A stretch of 64,000 nt of DNA from an uncultured Pelagibacteraceae bacterium. GTDB lineage: Bacteria > Pseudomonadota > Alphaproteobacteria > Pelagibacterales > Pelagibacteraceae. The DNA lies in assembly GCA_902624195.1 (NCBI GenBank), contig CACNWV010000006.1, positions 673 through 64,672 of the forward strand, in the 5' to 3' direction. A model generated the notes under the pieces. It worked only from the letters and a program-made list of their open reading frames with translations, had not been told where the DNA came from and ran no database searches. Positions within the stretch are counted from its first letter, which is position 1. Every line of letters begins with the position of its first letter. The position numbers and the translations under genes are program-made. Shown here in pieces: positions 24,701 through 33,957 of the stretch.

Positions 24701-25387
24701 TTATTTTGCTCCTACTTTGTATGAAATACCCATTGAAGACGTAATAAAAATATTTTTTATCAACTCTCCTTTCATATTTTCAGGTTTTTCTTTTTTTACA
24801 CTGTCAATAAAATAATTAAAGTTTTCTACTAATTTTTCAACTGTATAACTTTTTCTTCCGATCGAAGAAGCCAGATTTCCATCTTTATCATTTTTAATCT
24901 CAACCAATCCTGTTTTGATATTTTTAACGGCCTTATTGATATCATTTGAGACCGTGCCAAGTTTAGGGTTTGGCATTAAACCTTTTGGACCTAGAACTTT
25001 TCCGTGTTTTCCAATTTTGCCCATCATACCTGGGGTGCAAATAAGTTTTGTAAAATTGAATTTTCCACCTGCAATTTTCTCAATCAGGTCATCAGAGCCA
25101 ATAATTTCTGCACCGCTTTTTTTAGCCTCGGTAATTTTATCTAGTTCACACAAAACAGCTATTGTCTCTTTTTTACCAGATCCATTCGGCAATTGGACAG
25201 TCGTTCTAAGATTAAAATCTCCACCTTTACTTTGTTTTAAATTTATTCTTAATGAAACATCGACAGACTCATCGAACTTAGCATTAGTATTTTTTTTGAT
25301 TAGATCTAATATATCTTTTGCTAATAACTTTTTATCTTTAACTTTAGATTCAATAATTTTTTTGTACCTTTTTGATCTTTTTTTCAT
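24701..25387 (-). CDS. rplA: 50S ribosomal protein L1
   Basis: KFDESVD, LP.GSGK, LGPKGLMPNPKLGTV. Confidence 0.97.
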   Translation of the reverse strand: MKKRSKRYKKIIESKVKDKKLLAKDILDLIKKNTNAKFDESVDVSLRINLKQSKGGDFNLRTTVQLPNGSGKKETIAVLCELDKITEAKKSGAEIIGSDDLIEKIAGGKFNFTKLICTPGMMGKIGKHGKVLGPKGLMPNPKLGTVSNDINKAVKNIKTGLVEIKNDKDGNLASSIGRKSYTVEKLVENFNYFIDSVKKEKPENMKGELIKNIFITSSMGISYKVGAK

Positions 25388-25389
25388 AA

Positions 25390-25815
25390 TTATTCTTTAA
25401 CCTCAATTCCCATCGATCTTGCTGACCCACATATGATTTTTGTGGCTTCCTTCAAATCAAAAGCATTCAAATCTTTCATTTTTTCTTTTGCTATTGCTTC
25501 AGCCTGCTTCATAGTTATTGATCCTGCAACTACTCTTCCGGGCTCACTAGAACCACTTTTTAATTTTGCTGCTTCTCTTATGAAGTGAGAAGCCGGCGGA
25601 GATTTTATAATAAAATCAAATTTTTTATCTTTATAAACCGTTATTACTACTGGAACTGGTTTACCCATAAAAGCTTTTGTTTTTTCATTAAACGCTTTAC
25701 AAAATTCCATAATATTGATTCCACGTTGACCTAATGCAGGACCAACAGGAGGGGCTGGATTAGCCTGACCTCCTTTTATTTGAAGTTTAACATATCCTAC
25801 TATTTCTTTTGCCAT
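25390..25815 (-). CDS. rplK: 50S ribosomal protein L11
   Basis: [26 protein letters not shown]. Confidence 0.99.
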   Translation of the reverse strand: MAKEIVGYVKLQIKGGQANPAPPVGPALGQRGINIMEFCKAFNEKTKAFMGKPVPVVITVYKDKKFDFIIKSPPASHFIREAAKLKSGSSEPGRVVAGSITMKQAEAIAKEKMKDLNAFDLKEATKIICGSARSMGIEVKE

Positions 25816-26340
25816 TTAATTTTTCTCCACTTGATTAAATTCTAAATCTACCGGTGTTGCTCTACCAAATATAGAAACTGACACTTTAAGTCTAGATTTT
25901 TCTTCATCAATTTCTTCAATTAATCCATTAAATGATGCAAAAGGCCCGTCACAAACTTTAACTTTCTCTCCTATTTCAAAATTTATGCCAGATTTTTGAC
26001 TTACAGCACTTTCCGAAACTTGTCCTAGAATTCTTTTAATTTCATTATCTGAGATAGGTGTAGGTTTATCTGAAGACCCTAGAAAGCCGCTTACCTTTTG
26101 AAGATTTTTTATCAAGTGATAAATTTGTTTATTCAAATCAATTTTTATCAATACATAACCTGGAAAAAATTTTTTCTCTTTTTTAGTTCTTTTACCTTTT
26201 TTTACCTCTGTAACCTGGTGTGTAGGAATTAAAATTTCGTCAAGTTTTTCCGATAATTTATGTTTTTTTAATATTTCCTTGATTGATTCAACAACCTTTT
26301 TTTCAAAACCCGAATAAGCTTGCACTATATACCAATTCAT
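25816..26340 (-). CDS. nusG: Transcription elongation factor NusG
   Basis: WYIVQAYSGFE, FPGYVL, KOW motif DGPFASFNG, IFGRATPV. Confidence 0.98.
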   Translation of the reverse strand: MNWYIVQAYSGFEKKVVESIKEILKKHKLSEKLDEILIPTHQVTEVKKGKRTKKEKKFFPGYVLIKIDLNKQIYHLIKNLQKVSGFLGSSDKPTPISDNEIKRILGQVSESAVSQKSGINFEIGEKVKVCDGPFASFNGLIEEIDEEKSRLKVSVSIFGRATPVDLEFNQVEKN

Positions 26341-26343
26341 AAT

Positions 26344-26535
26344 CTAAAAACTAATAGTTAAAACTAAGTTTAAAAGAAATCTAAGTAATTGATCTAAAAT
26401 CAAAAAAAATATAGCAGCTATAGACGCTAGAGCAAACACCATTAGTGCGCCCATCATAGTTTCTTTTTTTGTTGGCCAGGTAATTCTGAAAGTTTCTTGT
26501 TTCACTTCCTGGAAAAATTTTAAAGGATTTATCAT
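26344..26535 (-). CDS. secE: Preprotein translocase SecE
   Basis: MINPLKFFQEVKQE..RITWP plus one TM helix; start reset to the ATG at 26535 because the ORF-track extension runs through tRNA-Trp. Confidence 0.93.
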   Translation of the reverse strand: MINPLKFFQEVKQETFRITWPTKKETMMGALMVFALASIAAIFFLILDQLLRFLLNLVLTISF

Positions 26536-26549
26536 AAAGTAAACCAATT

Positions 26550-26625
26550 TGGCAGGAGCGGAGGGACTCGAACCCACAACCTCCGGTTTTGGAGACCGGC
26601 GCTCTACCAATTGAACTACGCTCCT
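26550..26625 (-). tRNA. tRNA-Trp (CCA)
   Basis: 76-nt cloverleaf, anticodon arm CCGGT-CT-CCA-AA-ACCGG, GTTCGAG T-loop, encoded CCA end. Confidence 0.97.
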
Positions 26626-26630
26626 AAGCG

Positions 26631-27830
26631 TTATTTTATTATCTTTGTTACTACCCCAGCTCCAACTGTTTTTCCACCTTCTCTAATGGCAAAATTTAAA
26701 TTTTCGCTCATTGCTATAGGTGTAATTAACTTAACAGTAAATTTGCCATCATCCCCTGGCATTACCATTTCCGTACCTGAAGGCAATGTTACCTCACCTG
26801 TCACGTCAGTGGTTCTGAAATAAAATTGTGGTCTATATTTTGTAAAGAAAGGAGTGTGTCTTCCACCTTCTTCTTTTTTTAAAATATATGCCTGACACTC
26901 AAATTCAGTGTGAGGAGTAATTGAACCAGGCTTACAAAGAACTTGTCCTCTTTCAACATCGTCTCTCTCAACTCCTCTTAAAAGCGCACCGATATTATCA
27001 CCAGCTTCACCACTATCTAAAAGTTTTCTAAACATTTCAACACCAGTGCAAACAGATTTTTTGGTATCTCTTATACCTACTATCTCAATCTCTTCACCAA
27101 CTTTAATAACTCCTGACTCTACTCTTCCAGTTACAACTGTTCCTCTTCCTGAGATAGAGAAAACGTCTTCAACCGGCATTAAGAATGGTTTGTCTTTTGG
27201 TCTGTCTGGTTGCGGAATAGTTTCATCGACGGCTTTCATTAATTCCATTATTGCATTTTTGCCTGTCGCCTCATCTTTACCTTCTACAGCGTTCAATGCT
27301 GACCCTTTGACGATAGGGATCTTATCTCCTGGAAATTTGTACGAGGTGAGAAGTTCTCTAATTTCTTCTTCAACTAAATCCACAAGTTCTTTATCTTTAA
27401 CTGTATCAATTTTATTTAGAAAAACTACGATAGCTGGAACACCAACTTGTCTCGCTAAAAGAATGTGCTCTCTTGTTTGTGGCATTGGACCGTCAGCTGC
27501 ATTAACAACTAATATTGCACCATCCATTTGTGCTGCACCAGTAATCATATTTTTTACATAATCTGCGTGACCTGGACAATCTACGTGAGCGTAATGTCTT
27601 TTTTCTGTTTCATATTCAACGTGCGCAGTTGAAATAGTAATTCCTCTTTCTTTTTCCTCTGGGGCTTTATCTATTTGATCATAAGCTACAAAGTTTGCAC
27701 TACTTGATCCACCAGCCTCAGATAAAACTTTTGTTATTGCTGCTGTTAAAGTAGTTTTTCCATGGTCTACGTGTCCGATTGTACCAATATTACAATGTGG
27801 TTTGTTTCGGTTAAACTTTTCTTTTGACAT
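26631..27830 (-). CDS. tuf: Elongation factor Tu
   Basis: [42 protein letters not shown]. Confidence 0.99.
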   Translation of the reverse strand: MSKEKFNRNKPHCNIGTIGHVDHGKTTLTAAITKVLSEAGGSSSANFVAYDQIDKAPEEKERGITISTAHVEYETEKRHYAHVDCPGHADYVKNMITGAAQMDGAILVVNAADGPMPQTREHILLARQVGVPAIVVFLNKIDTVKDKELVDLVEEEIRELLTSYKFPGDKIPIVKGSALNAVEGKDEATGKNAIMELMKAVDETIPQPDRPKDKPFLMPVEDVFSISGRGTVVTGRVESGVIKVGEEIEIVGIRDTKKSVCTGVEMFRKLLDSGEAGDNIGALLRGVERDDVERGQVLCKPGSITPHTEFECQAYILKKEEGGRHTPFFTKYRPQFYFRTTDVTGEVTLPSGTEMVMPGDDGKFTVKLITPIAMSENLNFAIREGGKTVGAGVVTKIIK

Positions 27831-27864
27831 CTTTTTTTTTCCTCACTTTTTAATTTTTTAATTT

Positions 27865-27938
27865 TGGAGCGGGTAAAGGGAATCGAACCCTTACATCCAG
27901 CTTGGAAGGCTAGCGTTCTACCATTGAACTACACCCGC
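27865..27938 (-). tRNA. tRNA-Gly (TCC)
   Basis: 74-nt cloverleaf GCGGGTG...CCCGCTCCA, anticodon loop CT-TCC-AA. Confidence 0.96.
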
Positions 27939-27983
27939 ATTATCCAAACTTATTACGCTCTTTATTATTAAATTTTTCAAGTT

Positions 27984-28069
27984 TGGTGGAGGGGGAAAGA
28001 TTCGAACTTTCGAAGACCGAAGTCAACGGGTTTACAGCCCGCCCCATTTGACCGCTTTGGTACCCCTCC
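27984..28069 (-). tRNA. tRNA-Tyr (GTA)
   Basis: 86-nt class II tRNA, anticodon loop CT-GTA-AA, long variable arm, CCA end. Confidence 0.96.
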
Positions 28070-28123
28070 AAACAACTATTGTGGGGATACCCACTAACTT
28101 AAAAAGCATTTAACAACAAGCGT

Positions 28124-28151
28124 TTTATAAGCATTTATCAAATAATTGCAA
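28124..28151 (-). promoter_or_regulatory. Putative sigma70 promoter of the tRNA-Tyr/Gly-tuf transcript (TTGCAA-N16-TATAAA)
   Basis: -35 at 28151-28146 and -10 at 28129-28124; a small GTGGG-gata-CCCAC hairpin (28081-28094) lies in the leader. Confidence 0.55.
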
Positions 28152-28204
28152 TAAATCATTTTGCCTTAAAATATGCTAGTAATTTGAAAAATTGCTTAAA
28201 AATC

Positions 28205-28948
28205 ATGAAAAAAACCACATTTTTAATAGTTGGAAAACATGCTGTTTTGGAGGCGCTTAAAAATCCTTCAAGAAAAATAGAACGAGTTTTTGTTACTGAG
28301 GATGCTCAAAAAAAGCTTAACAGAGAAAATCAATCTTTAAACTTATTTAAATCAGTTAGTGTTTTCTTTAAATCTAGAAGAGAACTCGATAACTTATGCG
28401 GTAGAGATGAAACAGCCCACCAGGGATTAGTTGCAGAAGTTGAACAACTAGATGAAATAACACTTAAAGAATTTGTTTTAGATAATAAAAATAAAAATAT
28501 AAATTTAATAGCTTTAGAAGAAGTGACTGATCCGAGAAATATTGGCTCAATTATAAGAAGTGCTGTCGCTTTTAATATTGATGGACTGATAGTAAAAGAT
28601 AGATCTTTTCCGTCAAAAAGTAAATTGCTTTACAAAAGTGCAAGTGGTGGAGCTGAACACCTAAAAATTTTTAAAGTTTCGAATTTAAATACTGCTCTTA
28701 AATTTCTTAAAACTAAAGAATTTTGGATTAGTGCTTTTGATGTAAGTGCCAAGAAAGATTTTACAAACAATAATTGGAAAGGTAGAAATGTATTGTTATT
28801 TGGATCTGAGGGCTATGGAGTAAAAGCTAAGACTCTAGAAAATTCAGATTTTAAATTTAAAGTTAATATGAATAATAATATAGAGAGTTTAAATATTTCA
28901 AATACGGTCTCTGTTGTTTGTCATTATATTTTTCAGTCAATTAAATAA
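28205..28948 (+). CDS. rlmB: 23S rRNA 2'-O-methyltransferase, SpoU/TrmH family (RlmB)
   Basis: GKHAVLEAL, HQG, VTDPRNIGSIIRSA, FGSEGYG, ESLNIS; ATG at 28205 preferred over the upstream TTG. Confidence 0.88.
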   Translation: MKKTTFLIVGKHAVLEALKNPSRKIERVFVTEDAQKKLNRENQSLNLFKSVSVFFKSRRELDNLCGRDETAHQGLVAEVEQLDEITLKEFVLDNKNKNINLIALEEVTDPRNIGSIIRSAVAFNIDGLIVKDRSFPSKSKLLYKSASGGAEHLKIFKVSNLNTALKFLKTKEFWISAFDVSAKKDFTNNNWKGRNVLLFGSEGYGVKAKTLENSDFKFKVNMNNNIESLNISNTVSVVCHYIFQSIK

Positions 28949-29002
28949 GAATTTTATTTATTTTATTGTATTTTGAGTTATTTTATTTTAAAGAGACCTT
29001 AG

Positions 29003-29078
29003 GCCCTCATAGCTCAATTGGTAGAGCAATTGATTTGTAATCAATAGGTTCGCGGTTCGAGTCCGTGTGAGGGCACCA
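29003..29078 (+). tRNA. tRNA-Thr (TGT)
   Basis: 76-nt cloverleaf, anticodon arm ATTGA-TT-TGT-AA-TCAAT, CCA end. Confidence 0.96.
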
Positions 29079-29081
29079 TGT

Positions 29082-29849
29082 TTAAATAGTCTCTTTTCTT
29101 AATTGTTCTAACTTAATTTTTTTCTGAAGACTTGTATTTTTATCATAGAGAAGACTAAATTTTATTTTATTTTGGACTTTAACAATTATTCTTTTTGCAT
29201 TTCGTACTTCAATATTATCTGCAACAGCACTGATTGGTCTTTTTTTTGGATTTAAATTTGTAATAGTTACTTTAGATTTTTCACTTACTATTTTTCCAGC
29301 CCACCTTCTTGGTCTAAAAGCACTTATAGGTGCGATAGAAATTTTTTTTGAATTTAAGTTTAAAATTGGACCATGCACAGACAAATTATAAGCTGTGCTT
29401 CCTGCAGGCGTTGATACTAACACACCGTCTGATACTAACTTTTTAATAATATTTTTTTTATTACTTTGTATTGATAGGTTGGCTGCTTGCCTACTTTGTC
29501 TAAGTATTGAAACTTCATTAATTGCTATGTATTTCCTTATTCTATTTTTAGTAGTAACAGACATCTCTAGTGGAGAAATATTAACAGTTTTTGCTTTTGT
29601 TAAATTTTTTATTAAAAACTTTTTGGAAAATTTATTCATTAAAAATCCATAATCCCCTGAATTAATTCCGTAAAAAGATTTCTTTAATTTCTTATTTCTT
29701 TTTAAAGTTTGAAGCATAAAACCATCCCCACCAATGACTATTATCAAATTAGTTCTTTTGATTTTTTCTTTATTTAATAATTTAAAAATTTGTTTCTTTA
29801 TTTTTAAAGATTTTGAATTAGTATCTGAAATTATTAGCTGTTTATTCAT
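29082..29849 (-). CDS. ppnK: NAD kinase
   Basis: GGDGFML, GFL, NE, DGVLVSTPAGSTAYNLS..GPI. Confidence 0.93.
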   Translation of the reverse strand: MNKQLIISDTNSKSLKIKKQIFKLLNKEKIKRTNLIIVIGGDGFMLQTLKRNKKLKKSFYGINSGDYGFLMNKFSKKFLIKNLTKAKTVNISPLEMSVTTKNRIRKYIAINEVSILRQSRQAANLSIQSNKKNIIKKLVSDGVLVSTPAGSTAYNLSVHGPILNLNSKKISIAPISAFRPRRWAGKIVSEKSKVTITNLNPKKRPISAVADNIEVRNAKRIIVKVQNKIKFSLLYDKNTSLQKKIKLEQLRKETI

Positions 29850-29857
29850 CTTTAAAG

Positions 29858-29943
29858 TGGTGCCCTCGGCCAGACTCGAACTGGCACTCCCAAAAGGGCA
29901 AGGATTTTAAGTCCTTTGTGTCTACCAATTTCACCACGAGGGC
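29858..29943 (-). tRNA. tRNA-Leu (TAA)
   Basis: 86-nt class II tRNA, anticodon arm AAGGA-CT-TAA-AA-TCCTT, CCA end. Confidence 0.96.
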
Positions 29944-30011
29944 ACATAATTTTTTTGTAATATATATGACATTTATATTATTATTTAAATCTTATAAAGT
30001 ACATTAATCTC

Positions 30012-30965
30012 ATGAAAAAAATCTTGATATACAATTCTGGTGGTGGATTAGGCGACTCAATACAATTATTTCCATTGATTTTAAGTTTAAAAAATCATTT
30101 TAGAAAATCTAATTTTTACTATTTAGGAGCTCACACAAATCATTTTAATGGTAAATTAAGAGAATATGGTATCAGATTAGAAACAGTAGATCTAAACCTT
30201 AAATATTTTGGCTTCCGTTGGTGGCACTTATTATTTGTGAAAAAGAGAGCTTTTATTAATTCACAAAAAAAGTTTGATTTAATAATTGATTTACAAACAA
30301 AATTTAGAAACTCTTTAATTTTAAAACAAATTCCGCATGAATTATTTTATTCTAGAACATTTAATGGTTTTTTTTCTACTAAAAAATTACATTCAAAATC
30401 CTTGGATCACATAGAAAATCTCAGTTTGTTTATTGAGGAAGATATAATAAGACTTGATTTTAAGGTAAATAAATTATCAAAAGATATTTTAAAAGAAGCT
30501 AAAAGACTTCTCCCTAATTCAAATTATGTTGGTTTTTCTATTACTCAAGGAAATGAATATAGAAAAAAAAGCTGGTCAATTTTTAAATTTACTTCATTGG
30601 CAAATAAAATACTTGCTAAAAATAAAATTCCAGTTTTTTTTATTGAAAAAGATAATATTGAGTTGATAGAGAAAATTAAAAATCAGGTTCCTTCAGCAAT
30701 TTTTCCAGAACTAAATTCAAAATTAGCCTCTCCTGCTCTCGTTACTGCTTTAGCAGCGAGATTAAATACTGCCGTATCAATTGATAATGGTATTATGCAT
30801 ATGATATCTTTAGCTGATATACCTATGATTGTATTATTTGGTCCTACTAATGCTGATAAATTTGCACCAAAAAATAAATATGTAAAAGTATTAGATAGTA
30901 AGAAAATTCATAAAACCGATAATATAGACTCAATTCAAGTGGATGAAATATTAAGTTTAATTTGA
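30012..30965 (+). CDS. Glycosyltransferase family 9 (LPS heptosyltransferase-like)
   Basis: GGLGDS near the N-terminus, DLIIDLQ, K.W, IDNGIMH, IVLFGPT. Confidence 0.85.
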   Translation: MKKILIYNSGGGLGDSIQLFPLILSLKNHFRKSNFYYLGAHTNHFNGKLREYGIRLETVDLNLKYFGFRWWHLLFVKKRAFINSQKKFDLIIDLQTKFRNSLILKQIPHELFYSRTFNGFFSTKKLHSKSLDHIENLSLFIEEDIIRLDFKVNKLSKDILKEAKRLLPNSNYVGFSITQGNEYRKKSWSIFKFTSLANKILAKNKIPVFFIEKDNIELIEKIKNQVPSAIFPELNSKLASPALVTALAARLNTAVSIDNGIMHMISLADIPMIVLFGPTNADKFAPKNKYVKVLDSKKIHKTDNIDSIQVDEILSLI

Positions 30966-30966
30966 G

Positions 30967-31725
30967 TCAGTAAATACTGAAAAGATTTAAAAATTTATCT
31001 TTCATGTTTACTTTATCTGAAATGATTCTATTAAAAAATCTTAATCTATATTTCGTATTTATTTTAAATTCATTTTTAAAATTATTTCTTTGAAAATAAA
31101 TATTTTTTTCATAGCTAATATTTTCATCAACAGACTCGATTTTTGTAATAAGATAATTATGTTTTTGTAAAAATTTTTTAATCTCGTTTACTGTGTTACT
31201 TTTTTGATATAAAGCCTTTTTTTTGTTTATTGCAGCCTCTAACACTCCTTTATCAACTATAGAAATAAAATTTTGCAAACCATTTAAAACTTTTAAATCA
31301 TTGCCTTGGGTATCGATATGTAAATAATTTATTTTATTAATATTATTTTCAATACAATATTTTTTTAGTGTAATACCTTTAACTTTAATTTGTTTTATAA
31401 ATTTACAATGAGTTTCTGAATATCCTGGCCAAGTTTTTTTTATATTTTTTGAAAATTTTTGAAGGGAAGATACAGTTGGATTTGCCGCAATATTAAATTT
31501 TAATAAAATATTAGTATCGCTAACAGCAAAATTGTTTATTTTGTAATTTATAATTTTTTTTTTAATAAATTTTTCAATTTTAGTTTTATTTTCCTTTATT
31601 GTTTTTACCATCTCTGGATTGGCCTCAAATGCATGAACCATCACTTTTGAATTTTTCACTGCTAATGCTATACCGTCTAAACCATTAAAGGCCCCAATAT
31701 CAAAAATATGATTTTTATATTTCAT
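30967..31725 (-). CDS. FkbM-family SAM-dependent methyltransferase
   Basis: FDIGAFNG, VHAFEANP, AVSD, INYLHIDTQG.DL.VL.G. Confidence 0.85.
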   Translation of the reverse strand: MKYKNHIFDIGAFNGLDGIALAVKNSKVMVHAFEANPEMVKTIKENKTKIEKFIKKKIINYKINNFAVSDTNILLKFNIAANPTVSSLQKFSKNIKKTWPGYSETHCKFIKQIKVKGITLKKYCIENNINKINYLHIDTQGNDLKVLNGLQNFISIVDKGVLEAAINKKKALYQKSNTVNEIKKFLQKHNYLITKIESVDENISYEKNIYFQRNNFKNEFKINTKYRLRFFNRIISDKVNMKDKFLNLFSIY

Positions 31726-31731
31726 TGAAGA

Positions 31732-32490
31732 TTAGATTTTAAAAATTTTTATTTTTTTTTGTTCAATCATTCTTTTTATTTCTTTATCTACTCTATATAA
31801 AAAATCTTTTTTAACTGAACGAAAAACAAGAGAAACCCCAACTTTTCCAAGCCTAAAGAATGGATAGCTGCCTATTTCAACTTTTTTTAAATATTTTTTT
31901 TGAATCTTGTTCAATTCATTTGAAATATTACTCTCTACTGTAAAAAGATTTATGGTCATGCTATGAATTTTTAAACCAGTTTTAAGATATTTTTTACAAT
32001 TTTCGATCATAGAATTTAAAATTGATGGTACTCCTGGTAGAGAAAAAACATTCTTTACAACGAAACCTGGAGCAGCACTCGAAGGGTTATAAATCAATTT
32101 AGAGTGTTTAGGAAGTTTTGCCATTTTTTTTCTGCCATCATTAAAACTTTTTTTTCCATAATATTTTTCTAATATTTGATAGGCTTCTTGATGAATTTCA
32201 TATTTGACCCTAAACGCTTTTGCAATCGATTTTGCCGTAATATCATCGTGTGTTGGGCCTATGCCACCTGTCGTAAAAACATAATTAAATTTATTTGATA
32301 AAGATTTTATATTTTCAACAATAATCTTTTCAACGTCAGGTATAATTCTTACTTCTAAAACAGAAATTCCGCACTTTGAATTTAGCCAATTACTTATAAA
32401 AGCAACATTTCTATCTTGTGTTCTACCTGATAAAATCTCATTACCAATAATTAAAATAGCTGCATTTACTTTTTTAATTTTTTTCGACAT
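31732..32490 (-). CDS. CinA-like molybdopterin-binding-domain protein (no PncC domain)
   Basis: IIGNEILSGRTQD.N, TTGGIGPTHDDIT, APGF, LPGVP. Confidence 0.88.
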   Translation of the reverse strand: MSKKIKKVNAAILIIGNEILSGRTQDRNVAFISNWLNSKCGISVLEVRIIPDVEKIIVENIKSLSNKFNYVFTTGGIGPTHDDITAKSIAKAFRVKYEIHQEAYQILEKYYGKKSFNDGRKKMAKLPKHSKLIYNPSSAAPGFVVKNVFSLPGVPSILNSMIENCKKYLKTGLKIHSMTINLFTVESNISNELNKIQKKYLKKVEIGSYPFFRLGKVGVSLVFRSVKKDFLYRVDKEIKRMIEQKKIKIFKI

Positions 32491-32506
32491 AGGTTATTAC
32501 TTATAT

Positions 32507-33202
32507 ATGAACTTTGAAAAAATATTAATATCAGGAGAATTAGTTAAAAGATACAAGCGTTTTTTTGTAGATGTTAAGATCAAAAGCAAAGTTATTACTG
32601 CACATTGTCCAAATACTGGTTCCATGATGGGTTTATTAAATAAAGGAAATAAAGTTTGGATAAGTGAAAGCAATAACCCTAAAAGAAAATTAAAATATAC
32701 ATTACAAATTATAGAGGACAAAAAAGCAAAGATAGGAATAAATACACATTTAACAAATAAAATTGCGCTAGAGTCCTTAAAAAATAATTTAATTAATGAA
32801 TTTAAAAATTTAGAAGATATCCAACAAGAAGTTAAATTTGGAGATGAAACAAGATTTGATTTTTTAGTAAAAAAGAATAATAAACAAATCTTTATAGAGG
32901 TAAAGAATGTTACATTATCAAGAAATAAAGGAGTGGCTGAATTCCCAGATGCGGTTACATCCAGGGGGCTTAAGCATATTCGCGAACTGCTTAAGGCTAA
33001 AGAAAAAGGTTATGAAATTTATCTTCTTTTTGTAATTCAAAGAGATGATTGTAATAAATTTGCCATAGCAAGCGATATAGACTCTGAATATAATAAAATG
33101 ATTGAAGAAGCTGTTAAGAAAGAACTAAATATACTTTGCTATGATTGTAAATTTTCATCAAAAGGAATAAAATTAAATAAAAAAATTAATTTTAAGATTT
33201 AA
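32507..33202 (+). CDS. sfsA: DNA/RNA nuclease-fold protein SfsA
   Basis: KRYKRF, AHCPNTGSM, R.DF, IEVKNVTL, FPDAVTSRG.KH. Confidence 0.93.
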   Translation: MNFEKILISGELVKRYKRFFVDVKIKSKVITAHCPNTGSMMGLLNKGNKVWISESNNPKRKLKYTLQIIEDKKAKIGINTHLTNKIALESLKNNLINEFKNLEDIQQEVKFGDETRFDFLVKKNNKQIFIEVKNVTLSRNKGVAEFPDAVTSRGLKHIRELLKAKEKGYEIYLLFVIQRDDCNKFAIASDIDSEYNKMIEEAVKKELNILCYDCKFSSKGIKLNKKINFKI

Positions 33203-33957
33203 TGGATGACAATTATAAGATAGCATTTGAGAAGACAAGATTAGCAGGATCTATAGCTGCAGGTGCTTTAAAAGAAGTTGCTAAAATAATAAAACCTGGA
33301 ATCCAGACCGAATATATTGATAATCTATGTTATGAATTTATAAACGATCATGGTGCATACTCTGCGCCATTATTTTATAGAGGTTTTCCGAAATCTTGTT
33401 GTACCTCTGTAAATCATGTAGTTTGTCATGGTATACCTTCAAAAAAAATTTTACAGGAAGGAGATATTTTAAATGTCGATGTAACAGCATTTAAAGATGG
33501 TTGGCACGGAGACACAAGTAGGACATTTGAAGTAGGCGAAGTATCTATTAAAGCAAAAAAATTAGTAAAAACTACATACGAAGCGCTGATGAAAGCAATT
33601 AAAATCGTCAAAGATAATATTTTCTTGGGCGATATAGGTTCAATAATACAAAATCATGTTGAAGCCGAAGGTTTTTCAGTTGTGCAAGATTTTTGTGGTC
33701 ATGGAATAGGGCAATCATTTCATGAAGAGCCAAATATTTTACACTATGGGCAAAAGGGAACTGGAGAAAAAATTAAGACTGGAATGATATTTACTATAGA
33801 ACCGATGATAAATATTGGAAACTATGAAACAAAAACACTTAAAGATGGATGGACTGCGGTTACAAAAGACAAATCTTTATCCGCACAATTTGAACATACT
33901 ATAGGTGTAACAAAAGATGGTTGTGAAATTTTTACATCGCTAGAGAAAAATGATTGA
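33202..33957 (+). CDS. map: Methionine aminopeptidase type I
   Basis: VCHGIP, NVDVT, HGDTSRT, GHGIG, FTIEPM, SAQFEHT. Confidence 0.97.
   Translation: MDDNYKIAFEKTRLAGSIAAGALKEVAKIIKPGIQTEYIDNLCYEFINDHGAYSAPLFYRGFPKSCCTSVNHVVCHGIPSKKILQEGDILNVDVTAFKDGWHGDTSRTFEVGEVSIKAKKLVKTTYEALMKAIKIVKDNIFLGDIGSIIQNHVEAEGFSVVQDFCGHGIGQSFHEEPNILHYGQKGTGEKIKTGMIFTIEPMINIGNYETKTLKDGWTAVTKDKSLSAQFEHTIGVTKDGCEIFTSLEKND

Noticed and set aside
26536-26610. N-terminal extension of the secE ORF in the track
   Set aside because: It reads through tRNA-Trp; the ATG at 26535 gives a normal-length SecE
5180-27561. Plus-strand ORFs antisense to ribosomal, rpo, fusA and tuf genes (e.g. 6249-6884, 13154-13618, 17596-18090, 23752-24261, 24915-25400, 27046-27561)
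   Set aside because: Shadow ORFs lying opposite highly conserved genes, with no recognisable motifs
29003-31725. tRNA-anchored genomic island or prophage at tRNA-Thr/tRNA-Leu
   Set aside because: No integrase, no duplicated tRNA 3' end seen, and both tRNA 3' ends face the core gene ppnK
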